From positions 124,001-188,000 of IMG/VR virus record IMGVR_UViG_3300017917_002374: a DNA stretch of 64,000 bases; one strand, 5' to 3'. The position numbers and the translations under genes were made by a program. Shown piece after piece: positions 1 to 10,336 of this stretch; positions within the stretch are counted from its first letter, which is position 1, and each line of letters opens with the position of its first letter. Below the pieces are notes generated by a model. That model had not been told where the DNA came from. It saw nothing but the letters and a program-made list of their open reading frames with translations, and ran no database searches.

Positions 1-2
1 GT

Positions 3-2513
3 ACTCCAGTAAGTCGTTTTTCCACTACCCATAGCAAAGAATATCATAAAGAACTGAGAATACAGTCAGGCAAACGTTTGTGGGAAAGTGATATCAATCC
101 TATTTTTCGTTGCTTAGAAAAACACTATCTTGGTGCCAATTCACCAAAACTGCAAACAGCATTTTTTGATATTGAAGTTGACTTTGATCCTGTAAGAGGA
201 TTTTCAAAACCAGCAGATCCATTCAATGCCATTACTGCAATCACAGTGTATTTTGATTGGCTAGACAAAACTGTGACCTTGGCTACTCCTCCCAAAAGCA
301 TGAGTTGGGAAACTGCTCAAGAAATCGCAGATCGGTTTGACAACTGTTTTCTGTTTGAACGAGAAACAGACCTGCTGGGCGCATTTCTTGATCTAATAGA
401 AGACGCTGATGTGCTCAGTGGGTGGAACAGCGAAGGTTTTGATATTCCTTACATGGTCATGCGTACCAAACGTGTGCTCAGCAAAGACGATTGTAGACGT
501 TTTTGTTTATGGGGACAGTATCCCAAAGAAAGAACCTTTGAACGTTTTGGTGCAGAAAATCTAACATTTGACCTCATAGGTCGGGTACATCTAGATTACA
601 TGCAACTGTACCGTAAGTACACTTATGAAGAACGTCACAGCTACAGTCTAGATGCCATTGGCGAACATGAACTAGATGAACGCAAAGTGGCCTACGAAGG
701 CACACTGGATCAACTGTACAACAAAGACTTTGAAAAGTTCATAGACTATAACAGACAAGACGCACTGTTGGTTGCCAAGCTAGACAAGAAACTCAGGTTC
801 CTGGATCTAGCCAACGAACTTGCACATGACAACACTGTGTTGCTACAAACCACCATGGGTGCCGTGGCAGTTACAGAACAGGCCATCATCAACGAAGCAC
901 ATCAACTGGGACTGATTGTTCCTAATAGAAAGGGTAGAGATGACCAAGGTGATACGCAAGCAGCAGGTGCCTACGTTGCTTTTCCCAAAAGGGGCATGCA
1001 CGACTGGGTCGGAGCGATTGACATCAACAGTCTGTATCCTTCTGCGATTCGGGCGCTCAACATGGGTCCAGAAACCATTGTTGGACAACTCAGACCAATA
1101 ATGACTGATAGATATATTCAAGATAAAATGGCAGCAGGCAGCAGTTTTGCAGATGCCTGGGAAAACATGTTTGGCAGTCTTGAATATACCGCTGTGATGG
1201 AAAATCAAGCCGGCACAGAAATTACCATTGACTGGGAAGATGGCAGTAGTACTCTACACAGTGCAGCAGAAATTTGGCGTATAATTTTTGACAGCAACCA
1301 GCCATGGACTTTGAGTGCCAATGGTACTATCTTCACTTATGAGAAAAAAGGTGTGGTACCTGGACTATTAGAGAGGTGGTATGCCGAACGAAAAGAAATG
1401 CAGGCCAAAAAGAAAGAAGCCGAAACCCCTGAAGATAAGGCCTTCTGGGACAAGCGTCAATTGGTCAAGAAAATTAATCTTAACAGTCTGTATGGAGCCA
1501 TTCTCAACCCAGGTTGTCGTTTCTTCGACAAGCGAATTGGCCAGAGTACTACTCTCACTGGAAGAATCATCGCAAGACACATGGACGCTTATATCAACGA
1601 GTGTATCATGGGAACATATGACCACGTGGGCGAAAGTATCATCTATGGAGACACTGATAGCTGTTATTTTACAGCCTGGCCTGCTATACGGGACGAAGTT
1701 GCCGCAGGACGTATGGAATGGAACAAAGACACCTGTGTGCAACTGTACGACACCATTGCTGATCAAGTCAATGCCAGTTTCCCTGCGTTTATGGAACGGG
1801 CGTGCCACTGTCCACGGAGTATGGGGTCGCTTATCAAAGGTGGACGAGAGCTAGTAGCAGAAAAAGGCTTGTATATTAAAAAGAAACGCTACGCTGTGTT
1901 GATCTATGATTTAGAAGGTGCAAGGCTGGACACACATGGCAAGCCAGGCAAGGTCAAAGCTATGGGGCTGGATCTCAAGCGTTCGGACACACCTAAGGTT
2001 GTGCAAGACTTCTTAAGTGAACTGCTTACTGATGTACTAACCGGATGTAACAAAGAGCATGTGTATGACAAGGTGCGTGAGTTTAAAATTGCTTTTCAGG
2101 ATCGCCCAGCTTGGGAAAAAGGCACACCCAAGCGTGTGAACAACCTAACCAAGTTTACCAAAGAAGAAGAACGTCTGGGCAAAGCCAACATGCCAGGGCA
2201 TGTGAGAGCAGCCATGAACTGGAACAATCTCAAACGCATGCACGGTGACAATTACAGCATGGCTATTGTGGATGGTATGAAAACCATTGTGTGCAAACTC
2301 AAAGACAATCCACTGGGATATACCAGTGTGGGATATCCAACAGACGAGTTACACATACCGCAGTGGTTCAAAGAACTACCCTTTGACGACGCTGCTATGG
2401 AGACCACCATTGTGGATCAAAAGGTAGAAAATCTGCTAGGAGTGCTAGAATGGAGCATAGCAGAACACACAGACATTGCCACAACCTTTGACAGTTTATT
2501 TTCATTTGAATAA
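3..2513 (+). CDS. Family B DNA polymerase (5'-truncated by window)
   Basis: Exonuclease motifs DIEVD, WNSEGFDIPY, YNRQD and polymerase motifs DINSLYPS, KINLNSLYG, YGDTDS. Frame is open from base 3 through the TTG at 78. Confidence 0.97.
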   Translation, partial: TPVSRFSTTHSKEYHKELRIQSGKRLWESDINPIFRCLEKHYLGANSPKLQTAFFDIEVDFDPVRGFSKPADPFNAITAITVYFDWLDKTVTLATPPKSMSWETAQEIADRFDNCFLFERETDLLGAFLDLIEDADVLSGWNSEGFDIPYMVMRTKRVLSKDDCRRFCLWGQYPKERTFERFGAENLTFDLIGRVHLDYMQLYRKYTYEERHSYSLDAIGEHELDERKVAYEGTLDQLYNKDFEKFIDYNRQDALLVAKLDKKLRFLDLANELAHDNTVLLQTTMGAVAVTEQAIINEAHQLGLIVPNRKGRDDQGDTQAAGAYVAFPKRGMHDWVGAIDINSLYPSAIRALNMGPETIVGQLRPIMTDRYIQDKMAAGSSFADAWENMFGSLEYTAVMENQAGTEITIDWEDGSSTLHSAAEIWRIIFDSNQPWTLSANGTIFTYEKKGVVPGLLERWYAERKEMQAKKKEAETPEDKAFWDKRQLVKKINLNSLYGAILNPGCRFFDKRIGQSTTLTGRIIARHMDAYINECIMGTYDHVGESIIYGDTDSCYFTAWPAIRDEVAAGRMEWNKDTCVQLYDTIADQVNASFPAFMERACHCPRSMGSLIKGGRELVAEKGLYIKKKRYAVLIYDLEGARLDTHGKPGKVKAMGLDLKRSDTPKVVQDFLSELLTDVLTGCNKEHVYDKVREFKIAFQDRPAWEKGTPKRVNNLTKFTKEEERLGKANMPGHVRAAMNWNNLKRMHGDNYSMAIVDGMKTIVCKLKDNPLGYTSVGYPTDELHIPQWFKELPFDDAAMETTIVDQKVENLLGVLEWSIAEHTDIATTFDSLFSFE

Positions 2514-2532
2514 CGTCGCACTTAATAATGTA

Positions 2533-2561
2533 TTGACAAATCTAAATACAATCACTATAAT
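2533..2561 (+). promoter_or_regulatory. sigma70 promoter with embedded TAAATA
   Basis: TTGACA-N17-TATAAT; TAAATA at 2543-2548. Confidence 0.9.
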
Positions 2562-2582
2562 CAACTATTACTGGAGAATCCT

Positions 2583-3314
2583 ATGAAAGACTATTTACAA
2601 GACATTGTACAACATACACATAGCCTAGGCATTATTGACCTAATAAAAATCACTGGCACAGACCAAGAGACCACACTGAGTGCTATTGCAGAAGATCGCA
2701 GCGTGATCCTAGATGCACAATTTAAAAATCCTGTGCCCGAGTTTGTTGGTACGTTTGGCATGCCCAACCTAGGCAAACTGAACACTATCCTGAACATTCA
2801 AGAGTATCGTGAAGATGCCAAATTGAGCATTCTTAGTCAAGATCGTAATGGCGCAACTGTGCCAGTTGGTATCCACTTTGAAAACAAAGCAGGTGATTTC
2901 AAGAATGATTATCGTTTCATGACCAGTGACATTATCAATGACAAATTGAAAAAAGTCAGCATGAAAGCTGTTCCTTGGAATGTAGAGATTGTGCCCACTG
3001 TGGCTGCTATTCAAAAGATGAAGTTTCAAGCCAGCGCCAACAGTGATGAGCCAGTGTTTGTGGTCAAAACTGAATCCAACAAACTGAAGTTTTTCTTTGG
3101 CGATCATAGCACACATGCAGGTGATTTTGTGTTTGCTGATGGTGTTGCAGGCACTTTGACCAAGAGCTGGAGTTGGCCAGTGGATGCGGTGATCAGTATT
3201 CTAAGTCTCAGCGGAGACAAAAATCTCAAGATCAGTGATGCCGGCGTGATGCAGATCACTGTGGATTCAGGTATTGCCACATACGAATACAAACTGCCAG
3301 CACAAACCAAATGA
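2583..3314 (+). CDS. Putative DNA polymerase sliding clamp
   Basis: 243 aa, directly after polB, alternating beta/alpha pattern and size typical of phage clamps. Inferred from context. Confidence 0.65.
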   Translation: MKDYLQDIVQHTHSLGIIDLIKITGTDQETTLSAIAEDRSVILDAQFKNPVPEFVGTFGMPNLGKLNTILNIQEYREDAKLSILSQDRNGATVPVGIHFENKAGDFKNDYRFMTSDIINDKLKKVSMKAVPWNVEIVPTVAAIQKMKFQASANSDEPVFVVKTESNKLKFFFGDHSTHAGDFVFADGVAGTLTKSWSWPVDAVISILSLSGDKNLKISDAGVMQITVDSGIATYEYKLPAQTK

Positions 3315-3703
3315 TCAAGGGCATTTACTCAGGCGGCAAGTATGTCCAAGTAAACAATGGACAGACGCCGTCTGTTAGCATATACAACAGTGGCAACAGT
3401 TTTTCCAACGGCGCCCAAGGTTTTGCTGGACAGCTTCGCTACAATACCAACAATCAAAGCATGGAAGTGTTTGACGGCAACATGTGGCAGATAATCAGTA
3501 CCAGTGTTGCACAAGTCGGGCTGTCGCCAATTGCTGAAGAAGCTCTTGATTGGGTACGTCAAAAGATGCAAGAAGAAAAAGACCTGTTCGAACGCATGAA
3601 ACGACATCCTGGACTCAAAGACTCGTATGATCAGTTCAAAGTAATGGATGCACTTACTGCGGAAGAAGAAAAATCAAAATCTGGAGTATACCAACGTGCC
3701 TGA
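3311..3703 (+). CDS. Hypothetical protein
   Basis: ORF coupled by ATGA overlap. Confidence 0.7.
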   Translation: MIKGIYSGGKYVQVNNGQTPSVSIYNSGNSFSNGAQGFAGQLRYNTNNQSMEVFDGNMWQIISTSVAQVGLSPIAEEALDWVRQKMQEEKDLFERMKRHPGLKDSYDQFKVMDALTAEEEKSKSGVYQRA

Positions 3704-5237
3704 ACAAGATAACCTAACAGCCAAACAAAATGATTATGCTGTGTTTCTTCCTGCTATATCTGGCTTCTATGCGACCTTTATAGGAAAACAACGTGTTAAC
3801 AATGACTATGTTAATCCTGCTCGTATGCCTGCGGCATTACAAGACATGGAGCAATTTAATTGGCTCAACAGCCAGCAAGCCCTGTTCCCATACAAATGGA
3901 GCCTCTACTCAGGAGGACACGCCAATCTAGATCTCAACAAACCAGATGCTAGTGAGGATATGGTTCGTAAACGAGAACCTGGTACTGTACTGCTAGGAGA
4001 TTCAGGTGGATTCCAAATTGCAAAAGGTGTATGGGACGGCGACTGGCGAGCAGGGTCAGGTTGTCCGCGAGCACAAAAGAAACGTGAACAGGCATTGGCT
4101 TGGTTAGACGGTATCGCAGATTACGCCATGGTACTAGATATTCCCAGCTTTGTGATCAACGAAAAGAACGGTTACAAGTCAGGTATACGCACACTGGAAG
4201 AAGCAGCAGATGCCACCAAGTACAACAACGAATATTTTATCAAACATCGTAAAGGTATTGCCAATGGTGGTACCAAGTTCTTGAATGTGTTGCAAGGCGG
4301 AAATCATGCTCATGCTGATGAATGGTACGATATGATGAAAGGTTACTGTGATCCTGCTCAGTATCCAGATCGGCACTTTAATGGTTGGGCCATGGGTGGT
4401 CAGAACATGTGTGATGTACACCTGGTGCTGCGACGTCTAGTGGCACTGCGTCACGACAATCTGCTGCAAGAAGGCGTACATGATTGGATGCACTTCTTGG
4501 GTACTAGTAAACTGGAATGGGCACTATTGCTTACAGACATTCAACGTGCAGTAAGAAAGTATATCAATCCTAACTTTACAATCAGTTTTGACTGTGCCAG
4601 TCCTTTCTTGGCCACTGCCAATGGACAGGTGTATCATCATATTGATTTACCACATGATGGCAAATGGTGCTATCGCATGAGTCCTATTGTGGATGATAAA
4701 AAGTATGCCACAGACACAAGACCATTTGGTCAGGCTGTGCTGGCTGACAAACTGATTGATGTGTTTGATGAAAGTCCAATCAGTCGCAACATGATGATGA
4801 AAGATGTGTGCGTGTACAAACCAGGTGATCTAAACAAGAACGGCAAAGAAGGTCGTACCAGTTGGGACAGTTTCAGCTACATGCTGCTCATGGGGCACAA
4901 TGTGTGGACACACATTGAGGCTGTGCAACGAGCCAATAGAGAATATGACAACGGCACTTGGCCCAACATGCTGTGGAACGCACGTGGCGATCATGCCAAG
5001 TTTAGAGACATTGTGGATGCTATCTTTGCAACACCGGATCGTGCAGAAGCAGAAGCCATAATTGAACACTATGATCGCTATTGGATGGACATTGTGGGTA
5101 CCCGCGGGTTCAAAGGCAAGAAGACCAAAAATTCAAACACCATGTTCAATGCACTGTTTGAAGTAGAACATGATCAAATGGAACAAGAAGATTTGGACGA
5201 GTCCAAATTGGACGAATTGGAACTTGCTCAAAATTAA
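3696..5237 (+). CDS. dpdA: TGT-fold 7-deazaguanine DNA transglycosylase (DpdA family, possibly DpdA2-like)
   Basis: TGT motifs DSGGFQI, VLDIP, NVLQGG, GWAMGG, HFLG, SFDCASP. GTG start at 3696 with GGAG RBS. Clustered with folE/queD/queE. Confidence 0.82.
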   Translation: MPEQDNLTAKQNDYAVFLPAISGFYATFIGKQRVNNDYVNPARMPAALQDMEQFNWLNSQQALFPYKWSLYSGGHANLDLNKPDASEDMVRKREPGTVLLGDSGGFQIAKGVWDGDWRAGSGCPRAQKKREQALAWLDGIADYAMVLDIPSFVINEKNGYKSGIRTLEEAADATKYNNEYFIKHRKGIANGGTKFLNVLQGGNHAHADEWYDMMKGYCDPAQYPDRHFNGWAMGGQNMCDVHLVLRRLVALRHDNLLQEGVHDWMHFLGTSKLEWALLLTDIQRAVRKYINPNFTISFDCASPFLATANGQVYHHIDLPHDGKWCYRMSPIVDDKKYATDTRPFGQAVLADKLIDVFDESPISRNMMMKDVCVYKPGDLNKNGKEGRTSWDSFSYMLLMGHNVWTHIEAVQRANREYDNGTWPNMLWNARGDHAKFRDIVDAIFATPDRAEAEAIIEHYDRYWMDIVGTRGFKGKKTKNSNTMFNALFEVEHDQMEQEDLDESKLDELELAQN

Positions 5238-5257
5238 TTTTTAATGCATAATAGTTT

Positions 5258-6079
5258 ATGCTCAACAGTTCTCTTGTAAAGAATATTGCACAGTCTTATG
5301 TGATGTGCAAGTACCTGTCTGCACTATGTGCTAGAATAGGTCCACACAACTACATGAACAGTGTGTTGAGAGTTGAACACGGCACCGGAACTGGCTTTTT
5401 TGGCATTGGAAACAGTGGCAGTACTGACTGTGTTAAAGAACGTTTTCGTGCTACCACTGATGCACTTGATCAAAATTTTGCCACTTGGCAAAAGATTGAT
5501 TTTGTAAGTGAAGGCTGTGTTGGTATAACCATGCGTGACTCGCAAGTACATCGTGTAGAGCATACTAGAGAAGTGATTGATTTATACAAACAGTTTGAAC
5601 AAGAATACATTATTACCGGTCGCAATTTCACTCCTGTTGAATTAGGAACTTGGTTAATTGAAAATCAAATTGTATGCTTGATTCAACAATCAGAACAAAA
5701 ATCCAAGACAGAATATAACGACAATCTTCCCTTTAGCAAATACAGTGCCAAGATATACTATAAAGGTACAGATATTTCTGCATATACCTTGGATCAGATC
5801 AAACAACTGAATAGACAACGGTTTGCTGGGGTAATTAAAGATTTACAACAGTTTAATTTTACAGATTTGCTAGATAAACAATCTAGAAATTTACTGCATG
5901 CCAAGAAAAAACACACACTGCCTCCCATGGACCTAGCTGTGAAATATTTTGATAATGAATTTTATCTGTTAAAAGAACACTATCATCACAAGCTGAACAA
6001 AAGAACAAATCCAAAAGACCGTTGGTACTGTGCCAACGACACTGCCAGATATATTTCATGGCTTGATACTGCGGTCTAA
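5258..6079 (+). CDS. Hypothetical protein
   Basis: 273-aa ORF; exact start uncertain. Confidence 0.65.
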   Translation: MLNSSLVKNIAQSYVMCKYLSALCARIGPHNYMNSVLRVEHGTGTGFFGIGNSGSTDCVKERFRATTDALDQNFATWQKIDFVSEGCVGITMRDSQVHRVEHTREVIDLYKQFEQEYIITGRNFTPVELGTWLIENQIVCLIQQSEQKSKTEYNDNLPFSKYSAKIYYKGTDISAYTLDQIKQLNRQRFAGVIKDLQQFNFTDLLDKQSRNLLHAKKKHTLPPMDLAVKYFDNEFYLLKEHYHHKLNKRTNPKDRWYCANDTARYISWLDTAV

Positions 6080-6103
6080 ATATAATACTCAAAGGATAAT
6101 ATT

Positions 6104-7078
6104 ATGGCAGAACTATTTAACATCAACAACAAGAAAAAAGTAATCAATCGCATTGGACGAGAATATTGGATCTGGAACACAGACAAATTGTATGAACAGC
6201 GCATGGCAAGAGAAAATGGTCCTTATCAATCACGCAACTTAGTAATGAATCGTAGATTGCTGCCCAATGCTAGAACTGTGATTGATGTAGGTGCTAATAT
6301 TGGCATGAATACCATTGAATATGCCACGTGGTGCAAAGACATTAAAAGTTTTGAGCCTATACAGAGCAGTCTAGAACTCATGAAGTTGAATGTGGATATT
6401 GCTCGTGCAGCCAAACTCAAAGGACGCTATTGGGATAACCGACTCAAACAAGTGCGACATCAACCAGATCACGACGACGGCTGGTTCAAGCAAGCAGATG
6501 GTACCTTTGCCAGTCTTGACTTAGTGGGCAATATTGAATATTTTGAATATGCTCTTGGAAAAGAAAATACCACTATTGTGATGGAACAAAAAACAGCAGA
6601 GTGCAGTAGAGGCGATGCTGTGCTGGCACAGGGGCGAAACACTCATAATCCTACACAAACAGCAGAACAAAGAACACTTGACAGTTTTAACTTTCAGGAT
6701 GTAGACTTAATCAAGATTGACGTTGAAGGCACCGAACTGTTTGTGCTTCAAGGCGCTGTGGATACCATACGTCGCTGTCATCCTGTAGTACAGGTAGAAC
6801 TGCGCGATACTCACTGCAAGAGATTTGGATACAAGTGCGACGATATTATTGATCTCATGATGAGTTTAGGTGATTATGTGATGTGCGACTTCAACGGCAA
6901 CGATCTAGGGAAAACTTATCAAAAGGTATCAGGTGTAATGGATAGATTTTTTGTTCCTAGATCAATATTTGTTGCTACAGAATTTAAAAACAAACGAGTG
7001 CATCCAGGCATGAAAAAAACAGCCAAAAAACCCAAAGTAGATCAAACAGTTGTGGACAATCTTTTAACAGTAGACTAA
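6104..7078 (+). CDS. FkbM-family methyltransferase
   Basis: VIDVGANIG SAM motif, SFEP, IKIDVEGTELFVLQGA. Confidence 0.88.
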   Translation: MAELFNINNKKKVINRIGREYWIWNTDKLYEQRMARENGPYQSRNLVMNRRLLPNARTVIDVGANIGMNTIEYATWCKDIKSFEPIQSSLELMKLNVDIARAAKLKGRYWDNRLKQVRHQPDHDDGWFKQADGTFASLDLVGNIEYFEYALGKENTTIVMEQKTAECSRGDAVLAQGRNTHNPTQTAEQRTLDSFNFQDVDLIKIDVEGTELFVLQGAVDTIRRCHPVVQVELRDTHCKRFGYKCDDIIDLMMSLGDYVMCDFNGNDLGKTYQKVSGVMDRFFVPRSIFVATEFKNKRVHPGMKKTAKKPKVDQTVVDNLLTVD

Positions 7079-7087
7079 GGAGACTAG

Positions 7088-7294
7088 ATGTATAAGGAAA
7101 AAATCCGACACCTTGAAGAAATGCATCGCGTGTTAAACAAGCAAATTGACGACATGGAACGCAATCATCCTCATGTGGAAGTAAACAAACTTGCTGAAAT
7201 GAAAAAACAAAAATTAGCCTTGCGTGACGAAATCAGTCGCTTGACACGATTGCAATGGGAACATGACCACGAACGTGTGGACCTAGGAGATTGA
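7088..7294 (+). CDS. DUF465/YdcH-like small coiled-coil protein
   Basis: LEEMHRVLNKQI...MKKQKLALRDEI pattern; AGGAG RBS. Confidence 0.7.
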   Translation: MYKEKIRHLEEMHRVLNKQIDDMERNHPHVEVNKLAEMKKQKLALRDEISRLTRLQWEHDHERVDLGD

Positions 7295-7295
7295 T

Positions 7296-7808
7296 ATGGA
7301 TAGACCAGGCCACGGCTTAGCTAAGATGTTTACAGGCATAGAAGTAGAACACACACCAGCACATGGTATGAAAACCTTGTTTGTGGTAGGTGTGCAACCA
7401 AAAGAATTGGTTGAAGCTGCATGCGTAGCCTACAAATGTCAACATGTGTATTTTGGTGCCAATCAAAGTTTTCCAAAATTGCATACCAACAGCAACGATT
7501 GGACAGTTTGGGAAAACATGATTTTTCCATTTCTTTCCCAAGGATATCTCTGCACTCTGGATCTTGATGTGAGTTGTGTAGAAGGCTTGCTGGAAAGCGG
7601 ACTTGTTGAACATCATAATTTTATTCCAATGATTTCAATTAAGTTGCCCTATATCAATCAACTAGGGTATAATGCTACAATCAAACTAGATGATAAAGAT
7701 TTTGCAGCAACCAATCCTGGCGTTTGGTGTCACAGTGTGCATGAGTTACAAAAACGCGAACAATTTACCAGTTGGTCTAAATATAGTCAAGATGAGGTCA
7801 TACGATGA
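7296..7808 (+). CDS. Hypothetical protein in dpd cluster
   Basis: 170-aa ORF between dpdA and dpdL-like gene. Confidence 0.7.
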   Translation: MDRPGHGLAKMFTGIEVEHTPAHGMKTLFVVGVQPKELVEAACVAYKCQHVYFGANQSFPKLHTNSNDWTVWENMIFPFLSQGYLCTLDLDVSCVEGLLESGLVEHHNFIPMISIKLPYINQLGYNATIKLDDKDFAATNPGVWCHSVHELQKREQFTSWSKYSQDEVIR

Positions 7809-8008
7809 AAGAATTCTTAATAAGAGATGAAGCAGCATTTAAATTGCGAGGCACTATGAAACCGTGTTTGCGTCCAGATGATCTCTGGTGCGTAGAATTC
7901 ACCGGCGAACAGTACAATGACAAAGGCGAAATGACTGGTGCCAGCACCTATCAATTTTTTCTAACCAATGAACACATAAGCAAAATGGTACAGGGATTAC
8001 AATCATGA
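7805..8008 (+). CDS. Hypothetical protein
   Basis: ATGA-coupled ORF. Confidence 0.65.
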   Translation: MKEFLIRDEAAFKLRGTMKPCLRPDDLWCVEFTGEQYNDKGEMTGASTYQFFLTNEHISKMVQGLQS

Positions 8009-8451
8009 CCATTCAAGCAGAACGTGAGCAAACGGATATCAATCAACAGGTAGCAGATCGCATGATTTGGGTATCCTTTGCTAAAGAAGGTATCCATAAA
8101 TACCCCGCAGCCTTGGAGGATCCAAAACTTGCAGACGTATCTTTTCTGGGTTATCCCCATCGTCATATGTTTCACTTCCGGGTGTCAATCTCGGTCTTTC
8201 ACAATGACCGTGATATCGAATTCATTCAATTCAAACGGTGGCTTGAATCATTGTATTCAGGGCAAGAAAATTGTTTGCGACTGGACTACAAAAGCTGTGA
8301 AATGATTGCAGATGATCTATATGTCCAAATTAATAGTCGTTATCCAGGCAGACATGTTATAATCAGTGTAAGCGAAGATAATGAAAACGGTTGTGAGATT
8401 GTGTATCGCGATCCACGCACACCAGAAAAAACTTTTCAACATCCAGTCTAA
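8005..8451 (+). CDS. dpdL: QueD-paralog T-fold protein, DpdL-like (putative CDG decarboxylase)
   Basis: LGYPHRHMF matches LxxxHRHxF. DRDIEFIQFK and SCEMIADDLY parallel QueD DFxxLK and xxENxA motifs. A canonical queD is present separately. Confidence 0.7.
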   Translation: MTIQAEREQTDINQQVADRMIWVSFAKEGIHKYPAALEDPKLADVSFLGYPHRHMFHFRVSISVFHNDRDIEFIQFKRWLESLYSGQENCLRLDYKSCEMIADDLYVQINSRYPGRHVIISVSEDNENGCEIVYRDPRTPEKTFQHPV

Positions 8452-8460
8452 TAGGAGAAA

Positions 8461-8739
8461 ATGATGGCTCAGCCAAAGTGGCTCAAAAAGTATTTGACCA
8501 TGCGTCCCGAAGTATCCAAGATCTACGATGATCTTGAGCAGTATCGCGAGTTCTGCGTTAATTATGGTCATGTGTTTGACGAACGTGATCTTTACAATGA
8601 ACGTAACACCAGTTATCAAGATTTCGTAAGACATCAAAGTGGGAAACATGTAAAGAATCGTTGGTATCAACGAGACGATGATCGTCCTCGTGTGCCAAGA
8701 GGACACAACAACTATCGCACAAGGAATAACAATGCGTAA
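8461..8739 (+). CDS. Hypothetical protein
   Basis: AGGAG RBS, 92 aa. Confidence 0.7.
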   Translation: MMAQPKWLKKYLTMRPEVSKIYDDLEQYREFCVNYGHVFDERDLYNERNTSYQDFVRHQSGKHVKNRWYQRDDDRPRVPRGHNNYRTRNNNA

Positions 8740-9910
8740 GCTCTACTACATGGGGCTTGAACCTTACAAAGCACGATACACCTTACAGTTACAAGAGTGG
8801 AATCGTGCTGTGTTTGAACGGCGCGGTATCAACTATGAAATTGTTACTGGAGAAACTCTTAGTAATGATCAAGCTATTGTAACAGGACAGGTGCTGGATG
8901 CACATGGTCGCACATACTTTGGCATGAGTCAGTTGATGAACCTTATTCGTAAAATGAAAGCTGGAGAGCTTAATCATGCAGATGTTGTATACTTTGAAGA
9001 CATGTTTCAACCCGGCATCGAGAGCCTACCTTACATTCTCAATCAAATTGATCCTGTTAACCGTCCTAGGATTTTTGTGCGTTGTCTTGCTCAATCCATT
9101 GACCCAGATGATTTCGTACATGTATGGGGCATGGGCGAATGGATGGGCCATTATGAAAAGATGGTGGACAGTTTTGTAGATGGTGTATTGGCTACCAACG
9201 AAGAAATGGTCATGCACATGAAGGTGGCAGGTTGGAAGAGCAAGATCTACAACATTTCAGGCTTGGCCTTTGGTAAAGACGAAGTTCGCTCGCGTGTGCC
9301 CGGTGAACTGCGTCCATTCAACGAACGTAAGATGCGTGTGGGCTTTGCTGCACGTTGGGATCAAGAAAAGCAACCAGATTTCTTCATGGATCTCATTGAA
9401 GCATATCACGAACGTCATCCAGGATCTGGCATTGAGTTCTGTTTGTTTTCTGGTGCTAAACTAAAAAGCAACAACGACAGCTACATGGCTCGTACTCGTG
9501 CAATGCAAGCTGAAGGCAAGTTGACCATACATGAGGATCTGGAAAAGAATGAATACTACGAGCTTCTTAACGATACTCGTGTACTATTTAATTGTGCTTT
9601 GCAAGATTGGGTCAGCAACACTGTGTCCGAAGCCGATACACTGGGAGCAAATGTTCTCTATCCTGCGTATAGGAGTTTTCCTGAGTCTTTTGCTAATGAT
9701 CATGAACGTCTTTATGTACCCTGGTCAATAGACGATGCTCTGGACAAACTGGAAAAGCTACTGCGGGCACCGCATCCTAATCAAGGCAAAATCAGTGACT
9801 GGACCAATGGCACTGTGGACCGTATCCTTGATATCATTACAGGGCAAGGTGAGCAATGGCAGCGCATGAACACAGACTATCGCAAACACACACACGAAAG
9901 CAAGTTCTAA
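8732..9910 (+). CDS. GT-B glycosyltransferase (GT4-like)
   Basis: GFAARWDQEK..F and DWVSNTVSEA (E-x7-E-like region), YPAYRSFPE; ATG at 8732. Confidence 0.75.
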   Translation: MRKLYYMGLEPYKARYTLQLQEWNRAVFERRGINYEIVTGETLSNDQAIVTGQVLDAHGRTYFGMSQLMNLIRKMKAGELNHADVVYFEDMFQPGIESLPYILNQIDPVNRPRIFVRCLAQSIDPDDFVHVWGMGEWMGHYEKMVDSFVDGVLATNEEMVMHMKVAGWKSKIYNISGLAFGKDEVRSRVPGELRPFNERKMRVGFAARWDQEKQPDFFMDLIEAYHERHPGSGIEFCLFSGAKLKSNNDSYMARTRAMQAEGKLTIHEDLEKNEYYELLNDTRVLFNCALQDWVSNTVSEADTLGANVLYPAYRSFPESFANDHERLYVPWSIDDALDKLEKLLRAPHPNQGKISDWTNGTVDRILDIITGQGEQWQRMNTDYRKHTHESKF

Positions 9911-10146
9911 TGAGCTTTGACCTCTGGTACCAAATGTTGAAAGATTCTATATACTGGCAGAACATACCAGGAGACATGGCTGTTGACATCTATCATCGTA
10001 CTGTTGTGGCGTGGGGGCATGGTCAAAACTACTATCTACAATCAGGTCCGGAACGTGTGGATTTGACAAAACTCTATGAACAATGTAAACTAATTGAAAC
10101 TCTTAAAGGAACAAATTATGACAAAGAAATCCCCTGGGGCGGTTAA
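9910..10146 (+). CDS. Hypothetical protein
   Basis: TAATG-coupled start at 9910. Confidence 0.55.
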   Translation: MSFDLWYQMLKDSIYWQNIPGDMAVDIYHRTVVAWGHGQNYYLQSGPERVDLTKLYEQCKLIETLKGTNYDKEIPWGG

Positions 10147-10336
10147 AACAATCAGCGATAAACTGACCAAAGTTGGTGAATCATTCACAGTGAACATGTA
10201 CGATAATGGATACATGATTGAAGTAAGTGGAAGAAACAGCCAAGGTGATTGGGCAACTGCCAAAATCATGGTATCAAATCTCAACGATCTAACCACACTG
10301 ATTGCCGAAGCAGCAGAAATGGAACGGGACAATTAA
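10118..10336 (+). CDS. Hypothetical protein
   Basis: AAGGA RBS, ATG at 10118. Confidence 0.65.
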   Translation: MTKKSPGAVKTISDKLTKVGESFTVNMYDNGYMIEVSGRNSQGDWATAKIMVSNLNDLTTLIAEAAEMERDN

